From a virus: 64,000 nt of DNA. Below are positions 19,313 to 29,338 of this stretch, piece after piece. The first letter of the stretch is position 1; each line of letters opens with the position of its first letter. The translations under genes and the position numbers were made by a program. The notes under the pieces were generated by a model. The model was not told the origin of the DNA. It saw nothing but the letters and a program-made list of their open reading frames with translations, and did not search any database. The stretch covers positions 64,001-128,000 of IMG/VR virus record IMGVR_UViG_3300043823_000198; one strand, written 5' to 3'.

Positions 19313-21490
19313 ATGCCTTTTCAATTATCTCCAGGCGTTGCAGTCGTAGAAAAAGATTTCTCAGCGATCGTTCCAGCTATTTCTAGTTCAGCAGGTGCAT
19401 TCGTTGGCGCATTCCAATGGGGTCCAGTTATGGCTCCGACTCAAGTTGTTTCCGAAAACGACTTAGTTAATCAGTTTGGTCAACCAAATGATTTAAATTG
19501 CACATCTTTCTTTACTGCAGCTAACTTCCTAAGCTACACTAATAATATGTTAGTGGTTCGTGCTGACACTGCAGGGCAACGTAACGCTGTTGCGTCACAA
19601 TCTGGTGGTATTACTTCTATCGTTAAAACTTCTGCTGGAACTGGATATACTTCAGTACCAACAGTAACTATTAGCGCACCAAATGTTACTGGTGGTATTC
19701 AAGCAACTGCCACTGTTACTTTAACAGGTGGTGGTGTTACTGCCGTTGCTATTTCTGCTGGTGGTACTGGTTATACTGGAACTCCAACTGTTGTGTTTAG
19801 CGCACCTCAGGTTAGCGGTGGAACTACTGCTACTGGTACTGTAACAACTTCTGCTGGTGTTATTACTGGTATAACTATTACTAATGCAGGTTCTGGTTAT
19901 ACTTCTGCTCCTACTGCCACTATTACTGGTGTTGGTACTGGTGTTGTTATCGGAACAATCACTATTTCTGGTAGTGGTATCAACACTATCACTATTACTA
20001 ATGCAGGTTCTGGTTATACTACTAACCCAACAGTTACTGTTACTGGCGGTAATGGAAGTGGTGCTGTATTAACTGCAACTGCAACTGAATCTGGTGTTAA
20101 GATTAACAACAATACAGTTTATCTAACTGAATTCTCTACTGGTCAGGGAACATATGGTTCTTTTGCTGCCAAGTATCCAGGTTCTCTAGGTAACTCTATT
20201 CAAGTTCAATTGGTTGATTCTGCTTCTTATACTGGTTGGCAGTATGCCTCTAGCTTCCCAGTTGCTCCAGGAACTTCTAACTACGCTGCTGGTGTTGGTG
20301 GATCTAATGATGAATTGCATGCTGTTGTTATTGACGAATTAGGATTATGGACTGGTACTCCTGGTACTGTTCTAGAAACTTTTGCGTTTATGTCTAAGGC
20401 TTCTGATGCAGTTGGTTCAGATGGTACTAATGAATACTACGTAAACGTACTTAACGCACAATCAAACTACATTTGGTGGATGGATCATCCACAAGGTGTT
20501 GGCACTAACTGGGGTAATACTGCTCATAACACTTCATTCTCTCAAACAACTACTGGTACTCCATTGGTATTCCAATTATCAGGTGGTGTTGACGACTACG
20601 CTCTAACTGATGCTATGTTAGAAAATGGTTGGGCTTTATTCCTAGATGATGCTACTTACGACATCAATCTATGCCCACTAGGCGCTGCTTCTTCTAACGT
20701 GGCAAACTACGTTATTAACAACATCGCTGAAGTTCGTCTAGACTGCGTTGTATTCTGCTCTCCACAAAACTCTGATGGTTCACCAATCATCGGTTCTGGT
20801 TCAGCTGCAACTACTCCAATGATCGCTTACCGTAACGCTCTTCCAAGCACTTCTTATGGTGTTATGGACTCTGGTTGGAAATATCAGTATGATCGTTATA
20901 ACGATAAGTATCGTTTTGTTCCATTGAACGGCGATATTGCTGGTCTATGTGCTCGTACTGATTACACTAATGACCCATGGTTCTCACCAGCTGGTCTAAA
21001 TCGTGGTCAGATTAAGAATGTTGTTAAGTTGGCAGTTAACCCATCTCAAGCTGATCGCGATACTCTATACTCTGCTGGTATTAATCCTGTTGTTACATTC
21101 CCAGGAGACGGTACAGTTCTATTCGGCGACAAGACTTTAATGGCTAAACCAAGCGCATTTGATCGTATTAACGTTCGTCGCTTGTTCATCGTTCTTGAGA
21201 AATCAATTGCAACTGCTGCTAAATTCCAGTTGTTCGAATTTAACGACAGCTTCACTCAAGCTCAGTTCAACAACCTAGTAACTCCATTCCTACGCATTGT
21301 TCAAGGTCGTCGTGGTATTACTGATTTCTTGGTTGTTTGTGATGGAACTAATAATACACCTGACGTTATAGACGCAAATCAATTCGTTGGTGATATTTAC
21401 ATCAAGCCAAATCGTTCTATCAACTTTATTACTCTGAACTTTATTGCTGCTCGCTCTTCAGTAAGTTTTACTGAACTTGCAGGTGGTTAA
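19313..21490 (+). CDS. gp18: Tail sheath protein gp18
   Basis: LSPGVAVVEKD, FQWGP, PWFSPAG, FDRINVRRLF, IKPNRSINFI; ACTAAATA box at 19249. Confidence 0.96.
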   Translation: MPFQLSPGVAVVEKDFSAIVPAISSSAGAFVGAFQWGPVMAPTQVVSENDLVNQFGQPNDLNCTSFFTAANFLSYTNNMLVVRADTAGQRNAVASQSGGITSIVKTSAGTGYTSVPTVTISAPNVTGGIQATATVTLTGGGVTAVAISAGGTGYTGTPTVVFSAPQVSGGTTATGTVTTSAGVITGITITNAGSGYTSAPTATITGVGTGVVIGTITISGSGINTITITNAGSGYTTNPTVTVTGGNGSGAVLTATATESGVKINNNTVYLTEFSTGQGTYGSFAAKYPGSLGNSIQVQLVDSASYTGWQYASSFPVAPGTSNYAAGVGGSNDELHAVVIDELGLWTGTPGTVLETFAFMSKASDAVGSDGTNEYYVNVLNAQSNYIWWMDHPQGVGTNWGNTAHNTSFSQTTTGTPLVFQLSGGVDDYALTDAMLENGWALFLDDATYDINLCPLGAASSNVANYVINNIAEVRLDCVVFCSPQNSDGSPIIGSGSAATTPMIAYRNALPSTSYGVMDSGWKYQYDRYNDKYRFVPLNGDIAGLCARTDYTNDPWFSPAGLNRGQIKNVVKLAVNPSQADRDTLYSAGINPVVTFPGDGTVLFGDKTLMAKPSAFDRINVRRLFIVLEKSIATAAKFQLFEFNDSFTQAQFNNLVTPFLRIVQGRRGITDFLVVCDGTNNTPDVIDANQFVGDIYIKPNRSINFITLNFIAARSSVSFTELAGG

Positions 21491-21531
21491 TTCGAAGATA
21501 AATAAAGAAGAAGAATAACAAGGAGATATAA

Positions 21532-22125
21532 ATGGCAAATATTGCTGATTTCAAAGCCCAGATGATTGGTGGGGGTGCTCGCCCTAACCAATTCTACGTG
21601 CAGTTAACTTTCCCAACTTTCGTAACTCTTGGAGCTGTTGCTGGGCAAAGAGCACAGTTCCTATGTAAAGCTGCTCAACTACCAGCTTCTACTATTGAAA
21701 ACATCGGTCTATTATACAAGGGTCGTCCAGTAAATTTCGCTGGCGAACGTACATTCCAACCATGGACTGTAACAATTTATAACGATACTAGTTTCGGTAT
21801 CCGTAATGCCCTTGAGCAATGGCAGTCTGGCATTCAAAATTACGACACAACAGATGGTCGCGTAAACCCAGTTGATTACCAAGTTGACTTGGCTGTTTAT
21901 CAATTAGATCGTTCTGGTTCAATTATTAAGACTTACAACTTTGTTGACGCATTCCCAACTAACATTTCCGCTATTGGTTTGGATTACGAACAACAAAATG
22001 CAATTGAACAGTTTGACGTAGAATTCCAATACAACTACTTCACTTCTGATACTGGTGCTCAGTCTGGATTTGGTGCTTCTGCGGCGGTAAATACCCCACT
22101 AGGCACTTTCCCAGTCAGCACTTAA
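21532..22125 (+). CDS. gp19: Tail tube protein gp19
   Basis: GGARPNQF, CKAAQLP, AGERTFQPWTVT, IEQFDVEFQY; GATAAATA at 21497. Confidence 0.95.
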   Translation: MANIADFKAQMIGGGARPNQFYVQLTFPTFVTLGAVAGQRAQFLCKAAQLPASTIENIGLLYKGRPVNFAGERTFQPWTVTIYNDTSFGIRNALEQWQSGIQNYDTTDGRVNPVDYQVDLAVYQLDRSGSIIKTYNFVDAFPTNISAIGLDYEQQNAIEQFDVEFQYNYFTSDTGAQSGFGASAAVNTPLGTFPVST

Positions 22126-22147
22126 TTTTAACTGAAGGTCTTATATA

Positions 22148-23737
22148 ATGCAACTATTTGGTTTCGAGATATTACGTAAAAAAGATAGGGGCGTTGATAC
22201 AATCGTATCTCCGTCTCCATCCGATGGATCGACCGTAATCAACACTGGCGTAAATGCTGGTGGGTATTATGGTATGGTCATGGATCTTGATGGTGTTATC
22301 AAGAATGAAAATGATTTAATTAGACGTTATCGTGAGATCTCTCAATATAGCGATTGTGACAATGCAATTGAAGACATTGTTTCTGAGTGTATTGTTTATG
22401 ATGAAGAAGATCAAACAGTTACAATCAATTTAGATGATACCAATTTATCTGAAACGATTAAGAAAAAAGTTCGCGACGAATTTAATAAAGTTTTAAAGTT
22501 ATTAAAATTTTCTGAAAAGGGGCATGATATTTTCCGTTCATGGTATATTGACGGAAGAATTTATTATCATGTTCTTCTTGATGAGAAAAATTTAAAAGCT
22601 GGTATTCAAGAGTTACGTTACATTGATCCACGTAAAATTCGTAGAATTAAGAACGTAATTAAAGAGAGAACTCCGCGAGGAGTTGAAGTCGTTAAACAGA
22701 TCGAAGAATTTTATCTGTATAATGACAAAGGTATTACTGAGCAGACAACTCAAGGTGTTAAACTGTCACTAGATTCTGTTGTTTATGTACCATCAGGATA
22801 CATGGACGCAAATACTGGTATGATGATGTCTTATCTACATAAGGCAATTAAACCAGTGAACCAACTAAAAATGTTAGAAGACTCAATGGTCATCTATCGT
22901 ATTAGTCGTGCTCCTGAACGTAGAATTTTCTACGTTGACGTTGGTAATCTACCAAAAATTAAAGCCGAACAGTACGTAAACGACATTATGAATAAATTTC
23001 GTAATAAGATTGTTTATGATGCTGACACAGGCGAAACAAGAAACGATCGTCGCCATCTGTCAATGATGGAAGATTTCTGGATGCCTCGTCGCGAGGGTGG
23101 TAAAGGAACTGAAATTACTACACTTCCAGGTGGCCAAAACTTGGGTCAGATCGAAGATATCGAATACTTCCAAAAGAAATTGTATCATGCTCTAAACGTA
23201 CCTATTGGTCGTATGCAAGAGCAACAAGGCTTCAGCATTGGTCGTTCTCAAGAAATTAGTCGCGATGAAGTAAAGTTCAATAAATTCATTGTGCGTATTC
23301 GTAATAAATTTGCATCATTATTTACTGAAGCATTACGAGTTCAATTAATTGCAAAAAATATAATTCTTCCTGAAGAATGGGATGATATTGCAGCAGATAT
23401 TCGTTATAATTATGTTGAGGATAATCATTACGCTGAATTAAAAGATGCTGAAGTGATGGGTGGTCGTTTAGCATTACTTCAACAAATTGAACCATATCTC
23501 GGTAAATTCTATTCTATGGACTGGGTTCGTAGAAATGTTCTTCAACTTACAGAAGATGAGATTGAAGAAATGCAGAAGGAAATGGATTCAGAAGAAGAAT
23601 ATCATATGGATAATGCTGAGCGAGATGGTATTGTTGCTGGTGCTACGCAAGCAGCTCAACAAAATTATTTACAGAAATACGCACCACAGGCAGCTGAAGC
23701 ACCAACTGGTGATGCACCTCTGCCAATGGGTCAATAA
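22148..23737 (+). CDS. gp20: Portal vertex protein gp20
   Basis: YRISRAPERRIFYVDVGNLPK, EDFWMPRREGGKGTEITTLPGG. Confidence 0.98.
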   Translation: MQLFGFEILRKKDRGVDTIVSPSPSDGSTVINTGVNAGGYYGMVMDLDGVIKNENDLIRRYREISQYSDCDNAIEDIVSECIVYDEEDQTVTINLDDTNLSETIKKKVRDEFNKVLKLLKFSEKGHDIFRSWYIDGRIYYHVLLDEKNLKAGIQELRYIDPRKIRRIKNVIKERTPRGVEVVKQIEEFYLYNDKGITEQTTQGVKLSLDSVVYVPSGYMDANTGMMMSYLHKAIKPVNQLKMLEDSMVIYRISRAPERRIFYVDVGNLPKIKAEQYVNDIMNKFRNKIVYDADTGETRNDRRHLSMMEDFWMPRREGGKGTEITTLPGGQNLGQIEDIEYFQKKLYHALNVPIGRMQEQQGFSIGRSQEISRDEVKFNKFIVRIRNKFASLFTEALRVQLIAKNIILPEEWDDIAADIRYNYVEDNHYAELKDAEVMGGRLALLQQIEPYLGKFYSMDWVRRNVLQLTEDEIEEMQKEMDSEEEYHMDNAERDGIVAGATQAAQQNYLQKYAPQAAEAPTGDAPLPMGQ

Positions 23738-23752
23738 TTAAAGGAGAATAAT

Positions 23753-24088
23753 ATGAGCACAACTTTAGATTTGGTACACGCTATTATCAACAAAGACGCA
23801 GTTGCAACTGAAACTGCATTTAATGCAGCAATGGCAGAAAGAATTTCTGCAAATATCGATACACTAAGAACAGATATTGCCCAATCAATGTTTAATACTG
23901 TTAGCGAAGAAGACCTATCTGAAAAGAACTGGATCGCTGGGGCAATCAAGCACCCAGGAGCTGAAACAAAAGCTGCACATAAAGCTGGTGAATCTACTCA
24001 TGAGTATATGGAAAAACATAAACATGATTCTGGTAAAGCAGGTAAGCGTGCTCGTCTTGGTTTAACCTTATCTAAACTGAATAAGTAA
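23753..24088 (+). CDS. Prohead core protein (gp67-like) with basic C-terminal extension
   Basis: Position after gp20; helical N-half (FNAAMAERIS); C-half KNWIAGAIKHPGA...GKRARLGLTLSKL. Confidence 0.6.
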   Translation: MSTTLDLVHAIINKDAVATETAFNAAMAERISANIDTLRTDIAQSMFNTVSEEDLSEKNWIAGAIKHPGAETKAAHKAGESTHEYMEKHKHDSGKAGKRARLGLTLSKLNK

Positions 24089-24552
24089 TGCAGTACAGTC
24101 AGTTTATTTCTTCTCTAAAAAATACTTCTGGATATAAAACATTAGAAGAAGCGAAGAAACACACTAAAGAAACAACGCAAAAACAAAAGCTGGCAGAGGC
24201 AATCGCTAAAGATAATTATCAAGAAATTTCAGAACATACTATTGCCAGTATTATTAAAGAATATCACGAAGTTAAAGTTACCGATACGCTAATTGAATCA
24301 TATTTAGATTTCGCTTCTTCTAATACGTTTACTATTGATCCAGTTGTTCATAAGATTCGTTCTTTGAATAAACTTGATAGAGTTGTTGAAGGTAAGTTAC
24401 ACTACGTGCTTACTGATGGTTCTACAGTTGCAATAAACGAGGCAACACAAGATAACCTAAATAAATTATTGGAAAATGAAAAAGAGATTATCGAGTTCAT
24501 GAGAGAATCTAAAGAAAATTTCTTTTATGTGCTTGAACAAATAGAGGAATAA
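24088..24552 (+). CDS. Prohead core-region protein (gp68-like position)
   Basis: Coupled to previous gene; between gp20 and gp21. Confidence 0.45.
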   Translation: MQYSQFISSLKNTSGYKTLEEAKKHTKETTQKQKLAEAIAKDNYQEISEHTIASIIKEYHEVKVTDTLIESYLDFASSNTFTIDPVVHKIRSLNKLDRVVEGKLHYVLTDGSTVAINEATQDNLNKLLENEKEIIEFMRESKENFFYVLEQIEE

Positions 24553-24554
24553 AA

Positions 24555-25043
24555 ATGGCTGTTTTATTTACAACTGTTAAAAACACAAACCAAGAAGTAA
24601 TCATCCACTTTGATACAGTGGCTGCTGAAACTGGTACAATCGCATTAAACACACTTGGGGCTGCTACTCAAACTCTAACTCCAGGAGGCACTCCCACTGT
24701 TAATATCGTTAAGTTCTTCTCTACAGGTGAACTTGGCGCTGGTCTAAGAATTACTCGTAACAGTGGCGCTAAAAACATTATCGCATGCGCACCAGAAAAC
24801 GCACCATTCTTGGATTTAAATTCAAATGGTTTTTCTGACACAACTTATAACACAACTGACATTCAAGTAACTAACGATGTTGCTAAACCAGTAACTGGTT
24901 ATCTAGTTCTACGTAAAGTTTCAGGTTGGGATACTAATGTTGAAACTGCATGGTACGGTGCTTATGACGATCCAACTGTTGTTGGCGCTTCTTCAACTTT
25001 ATCTGGTAGTCCAGGCGCTCCAGGTGCAACTCCAATAGGTTAA
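24555..25043 (+). CDS. Hypothetical virion protein
   Basis: GAGGA SD, high-expression codon usage, between core genes and gp21. Confidence 0.55.
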   Translation: MAVLFTTVKNTNQEVIIHFDTVAAETGTIALNTLGAATQTLTPGGTPTVNIVKFFSTGELGAGLRITRNSGAKNIIACAPENAPFLDLNSNGFSDTTYNTTDIQVTNDVAKPVTGYLVLRKVSGWDTNVETAWYGAYDDPTVVGASSTLSGSPGAPGATPIG

Positions 25044-25046
25044 TAG

Positions 25047-25700
25047 ATGAAACTAATTAGAGAAGAGTTTAACGATACTCATCTTATCGTTGAAGAAAAA
25101 TTAGGTAAAGGTAAAACATACTTCATTGAAGGTGTTTTCCTTCAATCTGAACTTGTTAACCGTAATGGTCGTATGTACAAAGAAAGCACAATGGATCGCG
25201 AAGTAAGTCGCTATCTAAAAGAAGCTGTTCTATGTAATCGTGCGTATGGCGAACTTGGTCATCCAGAAGGTCCAGGTATTAACCTTGATCGCGTATCACA
25301 CATTATTACTTCATTACGTAAAGAAGGCACAAACTATATTGGTCGTGCCAAAATTTTAGAAACCCCAATGGGTAACATCGCTCGTGGTCTCTTAGAGGGC
25401 GGTGCGAACCTTGGAGTTTCAAGCAGAGCAATGGGATCACTCGTTCAAAATAACGAAGGTGTTCAAATTGTTCAAGACGATTTTCATCTAGCAACTGCTG
25501 CTGATATCGTCGCTGATCCTTCTGCTCCAGATGCTTACGTACGTGGCATTATGGAAGGTAAGGAGTGGACATTTGTTGATGGAAAGTTTGTGGAACAAAA
25601 CATTGAAGAGACTAAAAAGTTTATTAAGAAAACTTCTTCTAGAAAATTAGAAGAAGCAAAAATTCTGGCTTTCCAACACTTTCTGAGCAAAATCAGATAA
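25047..25700 (+). CDS. gp21: Prohead protease gp21
   Basis: NRNGRMY, GELGHP, GVSSRAMGS, DIVADPSAPDA. Confidence 0.97.
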   Translation: MKLIREEFNDTHLIVEEKLGKGKTYFIEGVFLQSELVNRNGRMYKESTMDREVSRYLKEAVLCNRAYGELGHPEGPGINLDRVSHIITSLRKEGTNYIGRAKILETPMGNIARGLLEGGANLGVSSRAMGSLVQNNEGVQIVQDDFHLATAADIVADPSAPDAYVRGIMEGKEWTFVDGKFVEQNIEETKKFIKKTSSRKLEEAKILAFQHFLSKIR

Positions 25701-25702
25701 TT

Positions 25703-25710
25703 TATAAATA
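25703..25710 (+). promoter_or_regulatory. T4-type late promoter TATAAATA
   Basis: Exact consensus upstream of gp22. Confidence 0.85.
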
Positions 25711-25741
25711 ATTACAGAACTATCCAGTTAGGAGAATAACA

Positions 25742-26938
25742 ATGTCAATCGAACAAAAAATCGCTGAAATTTTAGCAGAGTCTAGAAAGAAACAATTAGA
25801 CGAAGCTAATCCAGCTACTAAGAACGCAGAACCAGGTGATCAAAAGCCTGTCCACAAAGGTCCAACTTCTGATCAAAGAAGCAAAGAAGTTAAGCCAACT
25901 GGATCTGGCAATACACCAGCTGAACACAGCCACTTATTAGATCAAGGTTCTCATGAAGCCAACCCTGATAACGCACGTGGATTCCTAGATCACGAAGACA
26001 ATCTTGGCAACGAAGGCGACGAAGGCGAAGTAGTGCAGAATGACGTACAAGATAAACGTGGTTCTAATCCAGCTTCTCGTAATGCCGTTGCTGGCGATAA
26101 AGCAGTTGTTCGTAAGGGCAACGCTATTGACCGTGGCGATGAAGAAAAAGGCGATGGACCAATGGTTCCATTTCGTCCAACTGGAAAAGTTAACGACAAG
26201 AAAGATCACAGCGACGAAGGCATTAAAGAAGATATCGATGCTATGTTAGCTGGCGAAGATCTATCAGAAACATTTAAATCTAAAGCTGCTACTATTTTTG
26301 AAGCGGCAGTTATGTCCCGTGTAAACCGTGAAGTTGCACGTTTAGAAGAAGAGTTTGAAGCAACTGTTGCTGAGACAGTTGCCGAACAAATTGAGGGTAT
26401 TGTTGAGCAAGTTGATGGATATCTTGGCTATATTGCCGAGCAGTGGATGGCACAGAATGAAATTGCCCTTGAGCGTGGTGTTAAGAATGAAATTCTTGAG
26501 AGTTTTGTTGGTGGATTGAAAGATCTATTCGAAGAACACTATATTGATATTCCAGAAGAAAAGTATGACCTACTTGGCGAAATGGAAGAAACAATTAGCG
26601 AATTAGAAGAAAAACTAAATGAAGAAGTTGCTACTAATGTTGAATTAACTAAGCTAGTTAGTGAAGCAAAACGTAACGAAATCATTGCTTCTATTAGCGA
26701 AGGTTTAACAGCTACTGAAACTGAAAAGTTCAATAGTCTTGTTAACGAAATCGCCTTTGAAGATACTGAATCTTTTGAAACAAAAGCAAAAACTATCCGT
26801 GAATCTTATTTCGTTAAAACTACATCAGGTGTTAAATCCGTTGTAACTGATGCTCCAGTTGAAGTTCTAACTGAATCTGGCGCTAAAGTTGTTGACGCTA
26901 AAATGTCAGCTTATCTATCAGTGCTTAACAACAAATAA
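25742..26938 (+). CDS. gp22: Prohead scaffold protein gp22 with long N-terminal extension
   Basis: FKSKAATIFEAAV, YIAEQWMAQNEIALERG, LFEEHYIDIP, IRESYF; synteny. Confidence 0.9.
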   Translation: MSIEQKIAEILAESRKKQLDEANPATKNAEPGDQKPVHKGPTSDQRSKEVKPTGSGNTPAEHSHLLDQGSHEANPDNARGFLDHEDNLGNEGDEGEVVQNDVQDKRGSNPASRNAVAGDKAVVRKGNAIDRGDEEKGDGPMVPFRPTGKVNDKKDHSDEGIKEDIDAMLAGEDLSETFKSKAATIFEAAVMSRVNREVARLEEEFEATVAETVAEQIEGIVEQVDGYLGYIAEQWMAQNEIALERGVKNEILESFVGGLKDLFEEHYIDIPEEKYDLLGEMEETISELEEKLNEEVATNVELTKLVSEAKRNEIIASISEGLTATETEKFNSLVNEIAFEDTESFETKAKTIRESYFVKTTSGVKSVVTDAPVEVLTESGAKVVDAKMSAYLSVLNNK

Positions 26939-26960
26939 TCAATTAAAAGGAAATCCAAAA

Positions 26961-28265
26961 ATGGATCGTAAAGACTTATTAAAAAAATGGGCTCCAATCC
27001 TTGAACATGAAGGTTCAGCCCCAATCCGCGATAACTATCGTAAAGAAGTTACAGCCGTTCTTCTAGAAAACCAAGAACGTGAAATGCAAAAACAAGCTGA
27101 GGCAATTTTCGAAGCTGCTCCAGCTAACAGCGTTGGTTCATATCCAGACGCTGGTGGTATGGCTAAGTTTGACCCAGTGTTGATCAGTCTAGTACGTCGT
27201 GCTATGCCACAATTGATCGCTTATGATATCGCTGGCGTTCAACCAATGACTCAACCAACTGGTTTGATCTTCGCGATGAAATCACGTTATACTACACAAA
27301 GTGGTACTGAAGCGTTATTCAACGCAGCTAACACTGCTTTCGCAGGTACTGGTACTGATTCTGGACCATTTACTTTCTCTGGTTCAGATACTACTGGTTC
27401 TGGTCTAATTACTTCTGCAGCTGAACGTCTTGGTCAAGGTGGTTCTGGTGATGGTTCTTTTGCTCAAATGGCATTCTCAATCGAGAAGTCAAGCGTAACT
27501 GCTAAGACTCGTGCTCTAAAAGCTGAATACTCAGTTGAATTGGCACAAGACTTGAAATCAGTTCATGGTCTTGATGCTGAAGGCGAACTAAGCAACATTC
27601 TCTCTACTGAGATTCTTGCTGAGATCAACCGTGAAGTTATCCGTACTGTTTACACTTCATCTGTTCCAGGTGCTGCTGTTGGTACTGCTACTGCTGGTAC
27701 TTTCGACTTAGACGTTGACTCTAATGGTCGTTGGTCTGTTGAGAAATTTAAAGGTCTAATGTTCCAAATTGAACGTGAAGCTAACGCTATCGGCGAACAA
27801 ACTCGTCGTGGTCGTGGTAACTTCATCATCACTTCTGCTGACGTTGCGTCTGCATTAGCGATGGCTGGAGTTCTAGACTACAATTCTGGTCTAACAGGTA
27901 AAAACAATCTGACTGTTGATGATACTAGCACTACTTTCGCTGGTGTTCTAAATGGCAAGTACAAAGTTTATGTTGACCCATATACTTCTAACGTATCTGC
28001 TACTCAGTTCTTCGTTGTTGGTTACAAAGGCGCTTCTGCTTTTGATGCTGGCTTGTTCTACTGCCCATACGTTCCATTACAAATGGTTCGTGCTGTTGAT
28101 CCAGAAAGTTTCCAACCTAAGATTGGCTTCAAGACTCGTTACGGTCTAGTTGCTAACCCATTCGTTGATCTAGACGATGGTACTGGTACTTCTGCTCTTG
28201 GTGGCACTATTACTGCTAACAAGAACTACTACTACCGTAAAGTTAAGGTTGTAAACTTACTGTAA
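26961..28265 (+). CDS. gp23: Major capsid protein gp23
   Basis: KWAPILE, DPVLISLVRR, GVQPM, ELAQDLKSVHGLDAE, YCPYVPLQ, FQPKIGFKTRYG; ATG 26961 after AAGGA. Confidence 0.98.
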   Translation: MDRKDLLKKWAPILEHEGSAPIRDNYRKEVTAVLLENQEREMQKQAEAIFEAAPANSVGSYPDAGGMAKFDPVLISLVRRAMPQLIAYDIAGVQPMTQPTGLIFAMKSRYTTQSGTEALFNAANTAFAGTGTDSGPFTFSGSDTTGSGLITSAAERLGQGGSGDGSFAQMAFSIEKSSVTAKTRALKAEYSVELAQDLKSVHGLDAEGELSNILSTEILAEINREVIRTVYTSSVPGAAVGTATAGTFDLDVDSNGRWSVEKFKGLMFQIEREANAIGEQTRRGRGNFIITSADVASALAMAGVLDYNSGLTGKNNLTVDDTSTTFAGVLNGKYKVYVDPYTSNVSATQFFVVGYKGASAFDAGLFYCPYVPLQMVRAVDPESFQPKIGFKTRYGLVANPFVDLDDGTGTSALGGTITANKNYYYRKVKVVNLL

Positions 28266-28305
28266 TAGTAAGGACAACGGAAACCTACTTAAAGATAGGT
28301 ACTTC

Positions 28306-28331
28306 AAAGGGAGCTTCGGCTCCCTTTTTTT
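28306..28331 (+). terminator. Rho-independent terminator after gp23
   Basis: AAAGGGAGC-TTCG-GCTCCCTTTTTTT. Confidence 0.9.
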
Positions 28332-28335
28332 CCAT

Positions 28336-28343
28336 TATAAATA
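28336..28343 (+). promoter_or_regulatory. T4-type late promoter TATAAATA, 5 nt before gp3 ATG
   Basis: Exact consensus. Confidence 0.85.
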
Positions 28344-28348
28344 ACAAT

Positions 28349-28870
28349 ATGACAATAACATCTCTACCTGCTGGCTTAAATCCATTATCGCCGAATGGGT
28401 TTAATTTCGCCATTACAAAAATTCCAGACGTAACTTTCTTCTGTCAAGAGGCAAACCTTCCAGGTATTACTCTTGGAGATCCTGCGTTTTCAACTCCATT
28501 TGCAACTGCTCCAATTCCAGGAGATCATCTTTCATACGACACTTTACAAATTAAATTTTTGATCGATGAGCAAATGTTAAACTATAACGTAATCTATAAC
28601 TGGATTGTTGCTCTTGGTTTCCCTAGCTCATACAGCCAATATATAACACTACTATCTGGTGATACGACTGCTTATGGTGACTTGGCAGCGAATTACTCTG
28701 ACGCCACTATGCAGATTCTTGACTCAAATAACAATGCAATTAGAACAATTACATTTACTGATTGTTTTCCAGTTTCTTTAGAATCAGTTACCTTCGCATC
28801 AACTAACGACGGTGTCAACTATCTTGTTGGTTCCGCTACATTTAAATTTACCCTATACGAATTCGCATAA
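28349..28870 (+). CDS. gp3: Tail completion/tube terminator gp3
   Basis: NPLSPNGF, FFCQEANLPGI, PGD, SDAT, FPVSL; position after gp23. Confidence 0.88.
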   Translation: MTITSLPAGLNPLSPNGFNFAITKIPDVTFFCQEANLPGITLGDPAFSTPFATAPIPGDHLSYDTLQIKFLIDEQMLNYNVIYNWIVALGFPSSYSQYITLLSGDTTAYGDLAANYSDATMQILDSNNNAIRTITFTDCFPVSLESVTFASTNDGVNYLVGSATFKFTLYEFA

Positions 28871-28900
28871 ATATTAAATTAATGATATATTGAGGTTATT

Positions 28901-29338
28901 ATGAATCTTGAACAATTACAAGAAGCGTGGGACATTGACTGTCAGATAGACGATAACTATCTTGGCGAAACTACTACAGCAACTCCAAAACTCCACGCAA
29001 AGTATTTAAAAATACTGGTCAATATCAAACTCAAGCATACCAAGCTAAGTTCTGATTACAACATACTCCGTAAAAATAAATTCAGACTTTATCGTGGGGA
29101 ACTCTCACGTCAAGAATTAACTGATCTTGGATGGGAACAATGGCAGGGCGTTAAACCATTAAAGAATGAGATGGACGAATTTCTTTCTGGCGACAACGAT
29201 CTTAACGTAATGCGTGTTAAAATTGACTATCTTGAAACAATGATATATTTCCTTGAGTCAGTTCTTGGGCAAATTAAAGCAAGAGACTGGCAAATTAAAA
29301 CAGCAGTTGAATGGAAAAAATTCCTATCTGGAATGTAA
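28901..29338 (+). CDS. uvsY: Recombination mediator UvsY
   Basis: PKLHAKY, RDWQIKTAVEWKKFLSG; upstream of uvsW. Confidence 0.88.
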   Translation: MNLEQLQEAWDIDCQIDDNYLGETTTATPKLHAKYLKILVNIKLKHTKLSSDYNILRKNKFRLYRGELSRQELTDLGWEQWQGVKPLKNEMDEFLSGDNDLNVMRVKIDYLETMIYFLESVLGQIKARDWQIKTAVEWKKFLSGM

